A stretch of 64,000 nucleotides of DNA, taken from an uncultured Candidatus Rokubacteria bacterium. GTDB lineage: Bacteria > Methylomirabilota > Methylomirabilia > Rokubacteriales > CSP1-6. The position numbers were made by a program, and so were the translations under genes. Below the pieces are notes generated by a model that saw only the letters and a program-made list of their open reading frames with translations, did no database searches and had not been told where the DNA came from. Positions 28,429 through 38,288 of the stretch are shown in pieces. Numbering within the stretch: position 1 is the first letter of the stretch; every line of letters begins with the position of its first letter. Location: contig CAWIZN010000044.1 in assembly GCA_963840495.1 (NCBI GenBank), positions 2,055 through 66,054 of the forward strand, in the 5' to 3' direction.

Positions 28429-30021
28429 ATGCGAGTGCTGGTGATCGGCGCCATCGCGCCCGAGGGCGTCGCCTATCTGCGCGAGCGCGGAATCGAGGTC
28501 GACGAGGTGCCGGACACGCTCGCGAAGGGCGAGCTGTACGGGCGGCTCGGCGACTACGACGGCGTCATCACGCGCTCCTCGACCGCGGTCACCTCCGAGT
28601 TCCTGGCCCGTGCGAACAAGCTGCGCATCCTCGGGCGCGCCGGCGTGGGCGTGGACAATATCGACGTCGACGCGTGCTCGCATCAGGGCGTGATCGTCGT
28701 CAACGCGCCCTACGGCAACGTGGTCTCGGCGGCCGAGCACACCGTGGGCATGCTGCTCGCGCTGCTGCGCAAGATCCCGGTGGCCAATGACGCGCTCAAG
28801 CGGCTCGAATGGGACCGGCGCATCTACGGGTCGGAGCTGTATCGGAAGACGGTGGGGGTCCTCGGCCTCGGCAAGGTCGGCTCGCGCGTCGCCACGCGGC
28901 TGCGCGCCTTCGACATGAGCGTCCTCGTCTACGATCCGTATATTCCGGAGAGCCGCGCCCGCGAGCTCGGCGTGCGGCTCACGGACCTGCGCACCGTGCT
29001 CGCCGAGGCCGACGTCATCACCGTGCACGTGCCGCTGTCCGACGAGACGGAGAGCCTGCTCGGGGCCCGCGAGATCGCCCTGATGAAGCCGGGGGTGCGC
29101 ATCGTCAACTGCGCGCGCGGCGGCATCGTCCACGAGGGCGATCTGCTGGCCGCCCTCGAGTCGGGACACGTGGCGGGCGCCGCGGTCGACGTGTGGAGCG
29201 AGGAGCCGCCCGTCTCCGATCTCGTCAAGCGCCTCATCAGGCATCCGCAGGTGGTGGTGACCCCGCATCTCGGCGCCAATACGCACGAGGCGCAGATCAA
29301 CGTGGCGGTCGACGTGGCGCGAGAGCTCGTGGCCTTCCGGGACGGCGAGCTGGTCGAGCACGCCGTCAATGTCCCGGTGGGCGACCGGGAGAGCATGGCG
29401 GCGCAACGGCCCTTCCTGGCCCTCGCGGAGATGCTCGGACGGTTCTGCGTGCAGCTCGAGCCGGACAACGTCGAGCGCGTGGACGTGGTGGTGGCCGGCC
29501 AGGTCGCCCGCCGCGACCCCGAGCTGATCGCCCGCGCGGTGCTGAAGGGCCTGCTCGAGCCCGTGACGGCGCAGGCCGTCAATCTCGTCAACGCGCACCT
29601 GGTGGCGCGGGAGCGCGGCCTCGAGATCGCCGTGCACACCGACGAGGAGGCCGGCTCGGGGTATACCAACCTGATCACGGTGACGACCCAGGCGGGCGCG
29701 GCGAAGAAGATCCTCGCGGGCACGGTGTTCGACGGCGTCCCGCGCATCGTCCGGCTGAAGGATCTGCACATCGAGTTCATTCCCGAGGGGCATATCCTCG
29801 TGCTCTCCTACGAGGACCGGCCGGGCGTGGTGGGCAAGATCGGCTCCATCCTCGGCCGCCACAACGTCAATATCGCCTCCATGCACGTGGGGCGCCGGAC
29901 CAAGCGGGGCCGGGCCATCGTCGTGCTGCTGCTGGACGAGAACGTGCCCGACGAGGTGATGGAGGAGGTCGAAAAGGCCGTGGAAGCCGATTTCGCGCGC
30001 ATCGTCCGGTTGGGACCATGA
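28429..30021 (+). CDS. serA: D-3-phosphoglycerate dehydrogenase (long form with ACT domain)
   Basis: 530 aa with GRAGVGVDNID, GLGKVGSRVA, NCARGGIV, PHLGA and a C-terminal ACT-like domain (LVLSYEDRPGVVGKIGSILG). Confidence 0.9.
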   Translation: MRVLVIGAIAPEGVAYLRERGIEVDEVPDTLAKGELYGRLGDYDGVITRSSTAVTSEFLARANKLRILGRAGVGVDNIDVDACSHQGVIVVNAPYGNVVSAAEHTVGMLLALLRKIPVANDALKRLEWDRRIYGSELYRKTVGVLGLGKVGSRVATRLRAFDMSVLVYDPYIPESRARELGVRLTDLRTVLAEADVITVHVPLSDETESLLGAREIALMKPGVRIVNCARGGIVHEGDLLAALESGHVAGAAVDVWSEEPPVSDLVKRLIRHPQVVVTPHLGANTHEAQINVAVDVARELVAFRDGELVEHAVNVPVGDRESMAAQRPFLALAEMLGRFCVQLEPDNVERVDVVVAGQVARRDPELIARAVLKGLLEPVTAQAVNLVNAHLVARERGLEIAVHTDEEAGSGYTNLITVTTQAGAAKKILAGTVFDGVPRIVRLKDLHIEFIPEGHILVLSYEDRPGVVGKIGSILGRHNVNIASMHVGRRTKRGRAIVVLLLDENVPDEVMEEVEKAVEADFARIVRLGP

Positions 30022-30515
30022 AGCCCGCGTCTCTGGATGCCGAGGCGCACGGGTTCGTGACGCGCCCGTGGGGCGGCTTCGAGACGATCGAGGAAGGCCC
30101 GGGGTACAAGGTCAAGCGCCTCGTCGTGGAGCCCGGCGGGCGCCTGAGCCTGCAGCGGCATCGGCTTCGCGCCGAGAGCTGGATCGTGGTCAGCGGTGCA
30201 CCGCGCGTCATCGTCTCGGGGCGCGCGCGGCGGGTCCAGGCACGGGAGATGGTCACCGTGCCCAAGGGCGCGTGGCACCGGATCGAAAACCACGGACGGG
30301 CCCAGGTGGTCATCATCGAGGTCCAGCATGGGCCGTATCTCGGCGAGGACGATATCATCCGCCGCCAGGACGACTATGGGCGCGCCGGTGGAGCGGCGTC
30401 ACCACCTCGCCGCGGTACCACTGGACGCTCGTCGACTCCGGCGGGGGCGGCGGCGACCTCCACGCAATCCCGGGGCCGGCGCGGCGCGCCCGGATCGGGC
30501 GCTCGCCGCCAGTAG
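30018..30515 (+). CDS. Cupin-domain protein (mannose-6-phosphate isomerase type II C-terminal-like)
   Basis: ATGA overlap with the serA stop. RPWGGFETIEEGPGYKVKRLVVEPGGRLSLQRHRLRAESWIVVSG..AWHRIEN..GEDDIIRRQDDYGR. The Arg/Ala-rich tail after about residue 120 may be non-native. Confidence 0.7.
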   Translation: MKPASLDAEAHGFVTRPWGGFETIEEGPGYKVKRLVVEPGGRLSLQRHRLRAESWIVVSGAPRVIVSGRARRVQAREMVTVPKGAWHRIENHGRAQVVIIEVQHGPYLGEDDIIRRQDDYGRAGGAASPPRRGTTGRSSTPAGAAATSTQSRGRRGAPGSGARRQ

Positions 30516-30707
30516 CGCGCCGCGGACGAGATTCCATCGTCCGGGGCGAAGGTCCGCCCCGGGGGAACCGTCACTCGTGAGCGCGCCTCGGGTGGTTTCC
30601 GCCCGCCGAACGCCGGGGAATCAGGTGAGGTAGAATGCCGTTGGGGTCAAGAGAGACGAGCTTGCGAACGAGGCACCTGAGCTTTCGCGCCGGGTCCGAT
30701 CCGACCC

Positions 30708-31478
30708 ATGCGCTCCCGGCGATGCCCGCTCGCCGCTCAGGTGGATCACGCGACGCCAGCCATGCCCGATAGTCCCGGCAAGAGCGAGTCGACCCCGCTC
30801 GTGATGATCGCCAGCGCGGTGGCCGGTCTGCGCAAGCGGTGCCGGCAGGCCCTCTCCAACGGCTACAGCATCCACGAGAGCGCCGATCGCGGGGATCTCG
30901 AGCGCGGCATCGTCGGCCACCGGCCCGCGGCCGTGCTGCTCGACATCACACTGCCCGGCCTCGGGGGGGCGAGCGGGATCGCGTCCATCCAGAAGCTTCG
31001 GGCCGCCGCCAGGATCATCGTGCTGACCGAGGCCCCCGACGAGCGCGAAGGCATCGCGATTCTCAAGGCCGGCGCTCGCGGCTACTGTCATCGGGACATC
31101 GATATCGTGCTCCTCGAGAAGGCCACCCACGTGGTCTTGAAGGGGGAGATCTGGGTCGGCCGCAAGCTCATCCCGCACCTGCTCGAGGAGCTCACGGTGC
31201 TGACCGAGCAGCGGCGGCGGGACGCGCCGGGCAGAAGCGACGAGCGGCTCGAGCGTGTCACCCCGCGCGAGCGGCAGATCGTCGACCTGCTGAGCGTGGG
31301 GGCGAGCAACAAGGAGATCGCCAAGCGCTTGAACGTGACGGAGCGCACCGTCAAGGCTCACCTCACGGCCATCTTCCGCAAGCTCGGGCTCTCGGGGCGG
31401 CTTCAGCTCGCCCTGTTCGCGCTCGAGCATGGGCGGTCTGTCCGTGAACCCGAGGCTATTGGACCAAAGTTCAATTGA
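30708..31478 (+). CDS. NarL/LuxR-family response regulator with atypical receiver domain
   Basis: The receiver has LLDITLPG (Asp), IIVLTE and ILKAGARGY, but beta1 reads LVMIASAVAG with no acidic pair. The C-terminal LuxR HTH is TPRERQIVDLLSVGASNKEIAKRLNVTERTVKAHL. Alternative starts are 30762 and 30804. Confidence 0.75.
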   Translation: MRSRRCPLAAQVDHATPAMPDSPGKSESTPLVMIASAVAGLRKRCRQALSNGYSIHESADRGDLERGIVGHRPAAVLLDITLPGLGGASGIASIQKLRAAARIIVLTEAPDEREGIAILKAGARGYCHRDIDIVLLEKATHVVLKGEIWVGRKLIPHLLEELTVLTEQRRRDAPGRSDERLERVTPRERQIVDLLSVGASNKEIAKRLNVTERTVKAHLTAIFRKLGLSGRLQLALFALEHGRSVREPEAIGPKFN

Positions 31479-31969
31479 CGCCGAGGGCAAAAGGGACGAC
31501 GGTTGTAGAAGTCATGTCCTTACAGATCACGGTCGTCATCGCCGAGCACCAGGTTGCCGATCGAGCGGCCTGCCTCCGGCTCCTCGAGGCGGAGAGCGGC
31601 ATTCGGGTGGTCGGCGAGGCCAAGAGCGGGCTCGAGGCGATCACCTCCACGGCGCGGCTCCGGCCGCGGATTCTGCTGCTCGACCTGGCATTGGCCCGCG
31701 CGCAGCGCATGCCGCTCATTCCCGCCCTGCGGCAGAAATCGCCGCAAACCAAGGTGATTCTCTTGACCGACGGGGCGAGCGAGGCCCGCACGCTGGAGGC
31801 GCTGTCTCACGGCGCGCGCGGCTACCTCGACAAGGCTCTCCTGACGACGTTCCTGGCAAGAGCCGTCCGCGTCGTCGACGCGGGAGAAGCATGGGTCCCG
31901 CGCAAGATGGTCGCCAAGATCATGGACCGCCTCGCGGGTCTGACGATCTGGGCGGGGAAGACCGCCTAG
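31475..31969 (+). CDS. Stand-alone atypical receiver-domain protein (no output domain)
   Basis: TTG 31475 overlaps the upstream TGA (TTGA); an alternative ATG is at 31514. VVIAEHQ, LLLDLALA, VILLTDGA, ALSHGARGYL, GEAWVPRK. It is a paralogue of the receivers at 30708 and 43667. Confidence 0.65.
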   Translation: MTPRAKGTTVVEVMSLQITVVIAEHQVADRAACLRLLEAESGIRVVGEAKSGLEAITSTARLRPRILLLDLALARAQRMPLIPALRQKSPQTKVILLTDGASEARTLEALSHGARGYLDKALLTTFLARAVRVVDAGEAWVPRKMVAKIMDRLAGLTIWAGKTA

Positions 31970-31973
31970 GTAC

Positions 31974-32071
31974 ACTCGGAGGGGGGCCTCGACGCGCCCC
32001 CTTCCGATGCCTCCCCCGAACAGCGGATTGCGCCGGCGAAGCCGGCGCTCGAACGGCGGTTACTCCGACAC
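31974..32071. repeat. Repeat family A, copy 3
   Basis: ACTCGGAGGGGGGCCTCGACGCGCCCCCTTCCGATGCCTCCCCCGAACAGCGGATTGCGCCGGCGAAGCCGGCGCTCGAACGGCGGTTACTCCGACAC. It sits between two convergent gene ends. Confidence 0.85.
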
Positions 32072-32110
32072 GCTCCTAGCAGCGTCCGAAGGCGGAACCC
32101 CTCGCTGCCG

Positions 32111-34607
32111 CTACGGCTTGGTGGCGGGCGGCTTGTACGACGGGTAGGGGAACGGCTTCTCCCTGATCGCGTCCCGGCGCTCCGGTGTCAGGTTCCGCAT
32201 CTGGTCGGTGACGCGCGCCGCATCGATCGCCGTGCCGATCACGCGAGGCGTGATCAACAGGATCAGCTCCGTCTTCTGGATCTGCTCCAACGTGCTTCCG
32301 AAGAGATAGCCGAACACCGGAATACTGTACAGGAACGGGATACCAACCTTGACGACGCTTCGGCGGTTCTGGATGAGCCCACCGAGGACGAGCGTCTGGT
32401 TGTTCAAGAGCACGACCGAGGTCTCGGCCTCGCGCTTGAGGAACTCGGGGGACCCCGTCGGCTGCGTGGCGGGGCCCACGTCGTTGAACTCCTGCTTGAC
32501 GTCGAGAGCGACGGTGCCTTGCTCGCCGATGCGGGGCGTCACGGTGAGGATGATGCCGGCGTCCTTGTACTCCACGCGTCTGGGAGCCTACGATCGCGGT
32601 CGACTGTCCCGCGCCCGTTGTCGTGGTGCCGCCGACCGGAGTCTGCTGGGAGGTCACGATCGGCACCGATCGAGAGACGTTGATCACCGCTTTCTTGTTC
32701 TCGGCGGTCATGATCGACGGGCTCGACAGCACGTTGACCTTGTTGTCCGAAGCCAATGCATTGATGGCGGCCAGGAACTCGCCGGCGGCGAAGGTGAAGA
32801 AGTTGAATCCGGACAATGCACCCAGCGACGGTTCCGAATGGGGGGATGAGATCGGGCGGCTTGGTTGGGAGGTTAGCTCCCGGCGGGTTGGTCAGGCTTG
32901 CGGAGAAGCGCCCGTGCTGGATCGCCCACTGCAGCCCGAGCCTCGTGCTGTCGTCGAGCGTGACCTCGGCGGCGAGCACCTCGATCAGGACCTGACGGGG
33001 CATCCGGTCGAGCTTCTTGATGATGCCCTCGACCTCGGTCCAGACCCGCGGGTAGGTCGTGACGATGATCGAGTTCGTCACCTCGTCGGGGATGAAGCGA
33101 GTCTCTCCGACCGGGCCGCCGTCCTCGAGGAAGCTCGGGCCCCGACCGGCGCCGCCCGTCGAGCCGATGGGCGGGGTCCGTGATCCCGCGATGCTCGACT
33201 GGCTCGGCAAGCCCGGCGAGCCCGTCGTCGTCGGCCGGGTCGTCGGAGTCGTGGTGCTCGTGGAGGAGGTCGATCCCGAGCCGCGCCCGAAGATGGCGTC
33301 GAGCGTGGCCGCGAGATCCTTCGCCTTGGTGTTCTCGGCGAAGTAGAAGAAGACGCGTTGCCCGCCGTAGATGTCCGCGTCGAGCTTCTCGACGAGGCGA
33401 GCGATGGTTTCCATCTCCTGTTTGCGCGCGTAGACGATGAGGGAGTTCGACCGCCGCTCCGGCACGATGAGCGGAGCGCGATCGGCGGCGCCCTGGTCCG
33501 CACTCGTCGGCGGCTGACCTCGGGCGGCGGGGGCGCGCCCGGCGCGCCGGGCGGCGCCACCGGTGGCGCGATTCCGGCGGGGAGCTGGGCACCGGACGGG
33601 CGGAAGCGGCCGCTCGCGAAGAGCTGGGTCAGGATCTGCGCGACTTCCTGGGCATCGGCGTTCTTCAGCGGGAGGATCTGGAGCTCGTTCAACGCCACGT
33701 CGACGTCCACCAGCTTCAGGATGTCCAGGAGCCGCCGGATATTCGCCGCGGCGTCGGTGACCACCAGGAGATTGGTGTCGCGGGTGGCGGTGATCGAGCC
33801 CTGCGGCGGCACGAACGGCCGCAACAGGTTCAGCACGTCGGTCGCGCTGGTGAACTGCAGCGGGATGAGCTGGGTGATCACCTCGTCCCCCGGCACACCG
33901 GGGTCGAGCTGGGGGCCGACGATGGTCCGCGTCGATGTCTGGACCGCGCCCTCCTTGGGGATGATCCGCCACACGTTGCCGGACTTCACGGCGGCAAGAC
34001 CGTTGACGTCGAGGATCGTGAGGAGGACGGGGAAGATGTCGTCCACCGGAATGCGCCCGGTGGTCTGGACGGTCACCTTCTTGCCCCGCGCTCCCGGAGC
34101 CAAGACGTAGTTGAAGACCAGCAGCTCGCTCGTGGCCTGCAGGACGATCTCGATGTCGGCATTGTCGAAGTTGAAGACGACGAGCCGGCCCGGCGACTGG
34201 GGTGTGGGTTGACCGGCGGGAGCCGCCTGGGCCTGGCGGATGCGCACCACCGGCTGAGTGCCGCGATCGGGCGCCGCGGCGGCGGGATCCGACGTCGCGC
34301 CCGCGATGGCCTTCGGGCTCTTGTCGCTGCCGGGAGGCGGCGTCGCGGACGGTGCGGGAATGACGACGACCGGCCCGGGAGCCGGGGCCGGAGGGGCCTT
34401 GACAGCGGGCGCAGGGGCCGGCTCGGGCTTCTGCGCCGGTGGCGGAGTCGGGGCCGCGGGAGGCGCGTCCTCGGTCTTCACCGTCATCTTGTAGTCCGTG
34501 GGGAGCGGCGGCGTCTTCGCCGCCTTGGTGCTCGAGCAGGCGCAGAGGGACAGCATCAGCAGCGCTTGAGCGAATGCGATCGGCTTGCGGGAACCGAAAT
34601 GGGCCAA
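32111..34607 (-). CDS. gspD: Type II secretion system secretin GspD with lipoprotein-type signal and Pro/Ala-rich linker; three frameshifts as given
   Basis: TTG 34607, then MAHFGSRKPIAFAQALLMLSLCACSS. N-domains are in the frame of ORF 33078..35258 (VVFNFDNADIEIVLQ, ILPLKNADAQEVAQIL) and in ORF 32539..33972 (RSNSLIVYARKQEM). The secretin domain is in ORFs 32076..32816 and 32111..32575 (VNVLSSPSIMTAENKKAVINV, LVLGGLI..IPFLYSIPVFGYLFG). The breaks are near 33510, 32820 and 32580. Confidence 0.85.
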
Positions 34608-34612
34608 TGCTG

Positions 34613-35258
34613 CTACTGATCCGATGACGACTGCTCTACAGGCACTCGGCGGAGCGACCGTGGCGGAATGGGCGGGCGCCCGGGCACACCGGGCGGCGCC
34701 GCGGGAGGACTGTCCACACGCGCCGGGGGCGGTGCGCCTGGCGCGCCGGGCGGAGCCGCCTGGACCGGCGCGGGCGGTCGAGGCTTGCTCGGGTCGCGGA
34801 GCATGACGTCCATCACGCCATCGGAGCGGGAGATCTGAATGCGGTCGTCCGTGATCTTCTCCAGCTTGCCGCCCTGCCACGCTATCGCCTACCTGATAGC
34901 CGAACACGCGCTTGGTCGAGGGATCCTCGAGATACGCCCGGCTCGCCGGCCCATCGACCACCACGCCGAGCAGGATGGGCTTGGGAGGCAGCGGCACAAC
35001 CGGCTTTGCGACTTCCGGTGCGCCCTCGGTCCTGGAGGGGCTGAACAGGTACTTGGCCACTATGACGTTATAAGCGGTAAGTCGGTCCTGGGCCGCGTTT
35101 TCTGGAGCGGCGTCCTCGGTCCCGGCGACGCTCGCCGCCTTCCGCGCGACGGGTGACGGCAGCGGGCGGGTGGCGGCGAGATCCCGCACGAGCCAGATGG
35201 CGAGGAACACCGCCACTCCGGCCAAGGCCACATTCAGCACGAGTATCTTCTTCGACAA
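34613..35258 (-). CDS. GspC/PilP-like inner-membrane T2SS component, one frameshift near 34860
   Basis: TTG 35258, then MSKKILVLNVALAGVAVFLAIWLV (one TM) and ..LLGVVVDGPASRAYLEDPSTKRVFGYQVGDSVAG. It continues in ORF 34613..34816 with a Pro-rich tail. Confidence 0.55.
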
Positions 35259-35265
35259 CGGAGCC

Positions 35266-35868
35266 TTACCCCTTGGGTGCGCCCGACGCCGTGCCGCCAG
35301 CCGTCGGGGGATGAGTGCTCGGGAGGAGATAGCCAGACACGTTAAACGTCGTGAGCAGGTCGCGGGGCTGGCCGACGGCGACCACTCTAACCTTCACGTC
35401 CTGCACCGTCAAGATCTTGGTCGTGTGCTCCAGATCGTGGAGGAGGCGCACCGTCTCCCGCAGCCCTCCGGCCACGGTGATCTCGATCGGCACTTCTTGC
35501 AGGCCGCTCCGGTCGACCAGCGGGAGGATGCGCTCGCTGCGGACTTCGACGCCCGCCTTGAGGGCCACGTCCTTGACCAGCGTCTGAAGCTCGGAGGCGG
35601 CCAGCGGGGGGGTCGGGCCCTGCAGCCACCGCGGCGCCCGGGTCTGCAGCTGTTGGTTGAGCTTCTCCAATTCCGCCGTGAGGGCGGGTCGCTGAGCGAC
35701 GACGAGCCGGCGCCGCTCGAGCTGGGCCTCGCGGCTCGGAATCATCTCGGCGCCGGACTGCCGCCACTCCTGCAGCGGCTCGACCCCATAAAAATAGACG
35801 ATGAGGCCGAGGCCCACGAGCAGGGCGGCCCCGATCAGTCTTCGCTCGCGCTTGTTGATGGTCATCAT
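35266..35868 (-). CDS. gspM: Type II secretion system protein GspM (PilO-like)
   Basis: ATGATG at 35868, overlapping the gspL stop. MMTINKRERRLIGAALLVGLGLIVYFYGVEPL (single TM) plus a periplasmic domain. Its position between gspL and the gspC/D genes supports the call. Confidence 0.65.
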   Translation of the reverse strand: MMTINKRERRLIGAALLVGLGLIVYFYGVEPLQEWRQSGAEMIPSREAQLERRRLVVAQRPALTAELEKLNQQLQTRAPRWLQGPTPPLAASELQTLVKDVALKAGVEVRSERILPLVDRSGLQEVPIEITVAGGLRETVRLLHDLEHTTKILTVQDVKVRVVAVGQPRDLLTTFNVSGYLLPSTHPPTAGGTASGAPKG

Positions 35869-37295
35869 GATGTCAGCGCCCCTGCGCGGCGCCCGGGGCG
35901 CCGCCCCGCAGGCGCGGGCGGTTTGGCCCCCGCCGGTGGAGTCGGTTGAGGTGTCTCCGGTGGCGCGGCCGATTTCCACGCCGCCTTGATCCGGAACTGC
36001 TCTTTGTCTCCCGCTTTCGTCACCGGCGCCGTGAACTCGACCCGGGCCAGCGAGGGGGAGCTCTCGAGCAGCGGGATGAGCTGATTGGCGGCGGCGGCCT
36101 GACCCGTGATCTCGAGGCCCTGCTTGTCCATGCTGAAGGTGCGCAGCCACGCGTCCTGAGGCAGCCGCTCCGTCAGCTCCCGCATGATCGGCAGCGGCCG
36201 CACATCGGCCTTCTCGATGGACCGGATGGTTTCGAGCAAGCGCCTCTTCTGGGCCATCTCGGCGGACAGGCGCTCGACCGCTTTGACGTCGGGGTCGAGC
36301 TTGCGGAGGGCGTCGGAGAGCTGCGTGGCGTAGCGCTGCTGCTTGTAGCCCTGACCGACCACGAGCCCGGCCCCGAGCGCCACGGTGATGGCGACCATTG
36401 CCGCCGTGACGAGCTGACCGGAGGAGAACGTCCGGGGGCGGGTCTCGACGGGCAGAAGATTGAGCACAGGCCGCTGAGAGCCGAGCGCGACCGCGAGCGC
36501 CAACGTCGCGCGCCCCTGGTCGTCGGCGGGCAAGCCCGGCAGCATGGCTTCGACCGCCGGACTCCAGGGGGGGGCCGTCACCGAAGCGGCAAGCTGTTCC
36601 AGCGCGGGTGAGGCGAGCAGCGCGTCGGCGCCGTCACCGGACGCCCAGATCGCGTCGCACTCCGTCCAGCCGAGCAGCGAAAGCGTCGCGGCGACGTCGG
36701 CGGCGAGCGCTTCGCCGTCGCCCGCGGGGACCGTGCGGCTGAGGTGGATTCGCCGCTGGCCCAGGCAGACGAGGTCGATCGATTCGCCCGTCCGGTGCGC
36801 CCAGACCGCCGTGCGCACCTTCGACCGTCGGGCGAGCAGCGCGGGCAAGTCATGACACGCGACGGTGAGGGCGGCCGGCTTGATCCGCGGCTCCTCCAGG
36901 AGTCGAAGGGCTCCCTCCACGGTACGGCGCTCTGCGGCGACCACGAGGATCCGCACGGGGCCTTTGGCCGTGCCGGTCAGCGTCGTCCAGTCGAAGCGCA
37001 TGTCCTCCGGCGTGAACGGCACGTGACGCTCGAGCTCGAAGGCGACCATCTCGGCGAACTGGCCGCCCTCCGCGCGCGGCAGCTCGAGGGCCTTCACGGT
37101 GACGAGCGGGCGCGCCAGGCCGAGCCGGATGCGCCTCAGCCGGAGCTGACGGGCGTCCAGCTCGGTCTTGAGATGAGCGCCGGGAAGATCCTCCAGCTCC
37201 ACGGTGAAGCATTGCACCCCGCCCCGGCGGGCGACGACCGCCACCGTGAGCCGGTCGCCTCCCAGGTAGATTCCCGCCCGAACCCCCATGTTCAT
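35865..37295 (-). CDS. gspL: Type II secretion system protein GspL (actin-like cytoplasmic domain, TM and PilN-like periplasmic domain)
   Basis: ATG 37295 forms an ATGA overlap with the gspK stop. It is the last 476 aa of track ORF 35865..40496 (MNMGVRAGIYLGGDRLTVAVV...LVTAAMVAITVALGAGLVV...). Confidence 0.7.
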   Translation of the reverse strand: MNMGVRAGIYLGGDRLTVAVVARRGGVQCFTVELEDLPGAHLKTELDARQLRLRRIRLGLARPLVTVKALELPRAEGGQFAEMVAFELERHVPFTPEDMRFDWTTLTGTAKGPVRILVVAAERRTVEGALRLLEEPRIKPAALTVACHDLPALLARRSKVRTAVWAHRTGESIDLVCLGQRRIHLSRTVPAGDGEALAADVAATLSLLGWTECDAIWASGDGADALLASPALEQLAASVTAPPWSPAVEAMLPGLPADDQGRATLALAVALGSQRPVLNLLPVETRPRTFSSGQLVTAAMVAITVALGAGLVVGQGYKQQRYATQLSDALRKLDPDVKAVERLSAEMAQKRRLLETIRSIEKADVRPLPIMRELTERLPQDAWLRTFSMDKQGLEITGQAAAANQLIPLLESSPSLARVEFTAPVTKAGDKEQFRIKAAWKSAAPPETPQPTPPAGAKPPAPAGRRPGRRAGALTS

Positions 37296-38288
37296 GACTT
37301 GCCCGATTCCTTCTTCGCGGGGCTGCGCAGCGGCATGGGCCGCCAGGACACCACGGTGACCGTCGGCGGGGTGCCCGGGCCCCCGGCTGACTTCTGGACG
37401 ATCGCGACGATGCGCGCCTTGGGCTCGCCCCCCACGATCCCTTCCGCATCGATCCGGAACGTCGTGCTTCCGACGGTCACCCGGCGTCCACCGAACCGAC
37501 CCGGCACCGTCGGATAGGGGTTGTTCGTGCGCGCCTGGACGATATCGCTGATCTCGGCATCGGACAGGCCCAGTGCAGAGAGCACCGGCGCCGGCGCGGT
37601 ATTGATGTTGACGGTGCCGCGGCTGCGCGCGGTGAGCACCTCGGCGAGGGGGGGCTTGTCCTCGTGGCCCCAATACATCTCCGGCGTGATCCCCTTGACC
37701 TGGAGCAGCTCGTCGGTGTCCTGGAAGTTCCCGTTGCGGGCGCGGTAGGGGACCGGCAGCTTGAGAGTAGTCGTCGCTCTCGGCGCCATTGGTCCGCGTG
37801 GTGTCGTTCGCATCCCGCCAGTCCTCGATCGCGTCGACGATCGAGTCGCGCTCGATCTTGTCCACGCCGATCGCGGTCAAGAGCCGCTGCATGCGGTCGG
37901 CCACACCCCCGTTGACATTCAGCCGCCCCTCCTCGTCGCTGATGCGATAGGAGAAGGCGCCCGCGCCGAGCGGCACCTGGGTTCGCTCGAGCGACGGCAG
38001 CCGCTTGAGCGCGGTGCTGCCCGCCGGCACCGTGTAGAAGGCGACCTGGCCGCTTTCGTCGAGGCCGTGGACATTGGCGTCGCTCAGGATTTCCCGGATC
38101 GCCTGCTGGATCCCCGCCTCCGCGAGGTTGCGCGCGAGCACGCCGTCCCGGTAGGCGCGGACCATGCTGGCCTCGAGGCGCATCGAGAAGGCGAACTCGG
38201 TGACCACCACCGCCAAGAGCGTCATCACGAGGATCACGGCGAGCAGGGCGAAGCCGCGCTCGTCTCGCGCCAGCCGGCGCGGGCTCAT
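37292..38288 (-). CDS. gspK: Type II secretion minor pseudopilin GspK, one frameshift near 37790
   Basis: ATG 38288 forms an ATGA overlap with the gspJ stop. MSPRRLARDERGFALLAVILVMTLLAVVVTEFAFSMRLE is followed by ..ISDEEGRLNVN..DWRD. The C-part is ORF 37292..37813 (LLQVKGITPEMY..VNINTAPAPVLSALGLSDAE). Confidence 0.8.

Noticed and set aside
28429-30515. serA and cupin as part of the lipid cluster (for example supplying a serine head group)
   Set aside because: The only evidence is adjacency (a 26-nt gap). serA is a ubiquitous housekeeping gene, and no serine-utilising enzyme (Spt-like or PssA-like) is seen in the cluster.
30516-30707. TAGAAT -10-like hexamer near 30630 upstream of the first response regulator
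   Set aside because: There is no acceptable -35 at 16-18 nt spacing. A single hexamer match is not sufficient.
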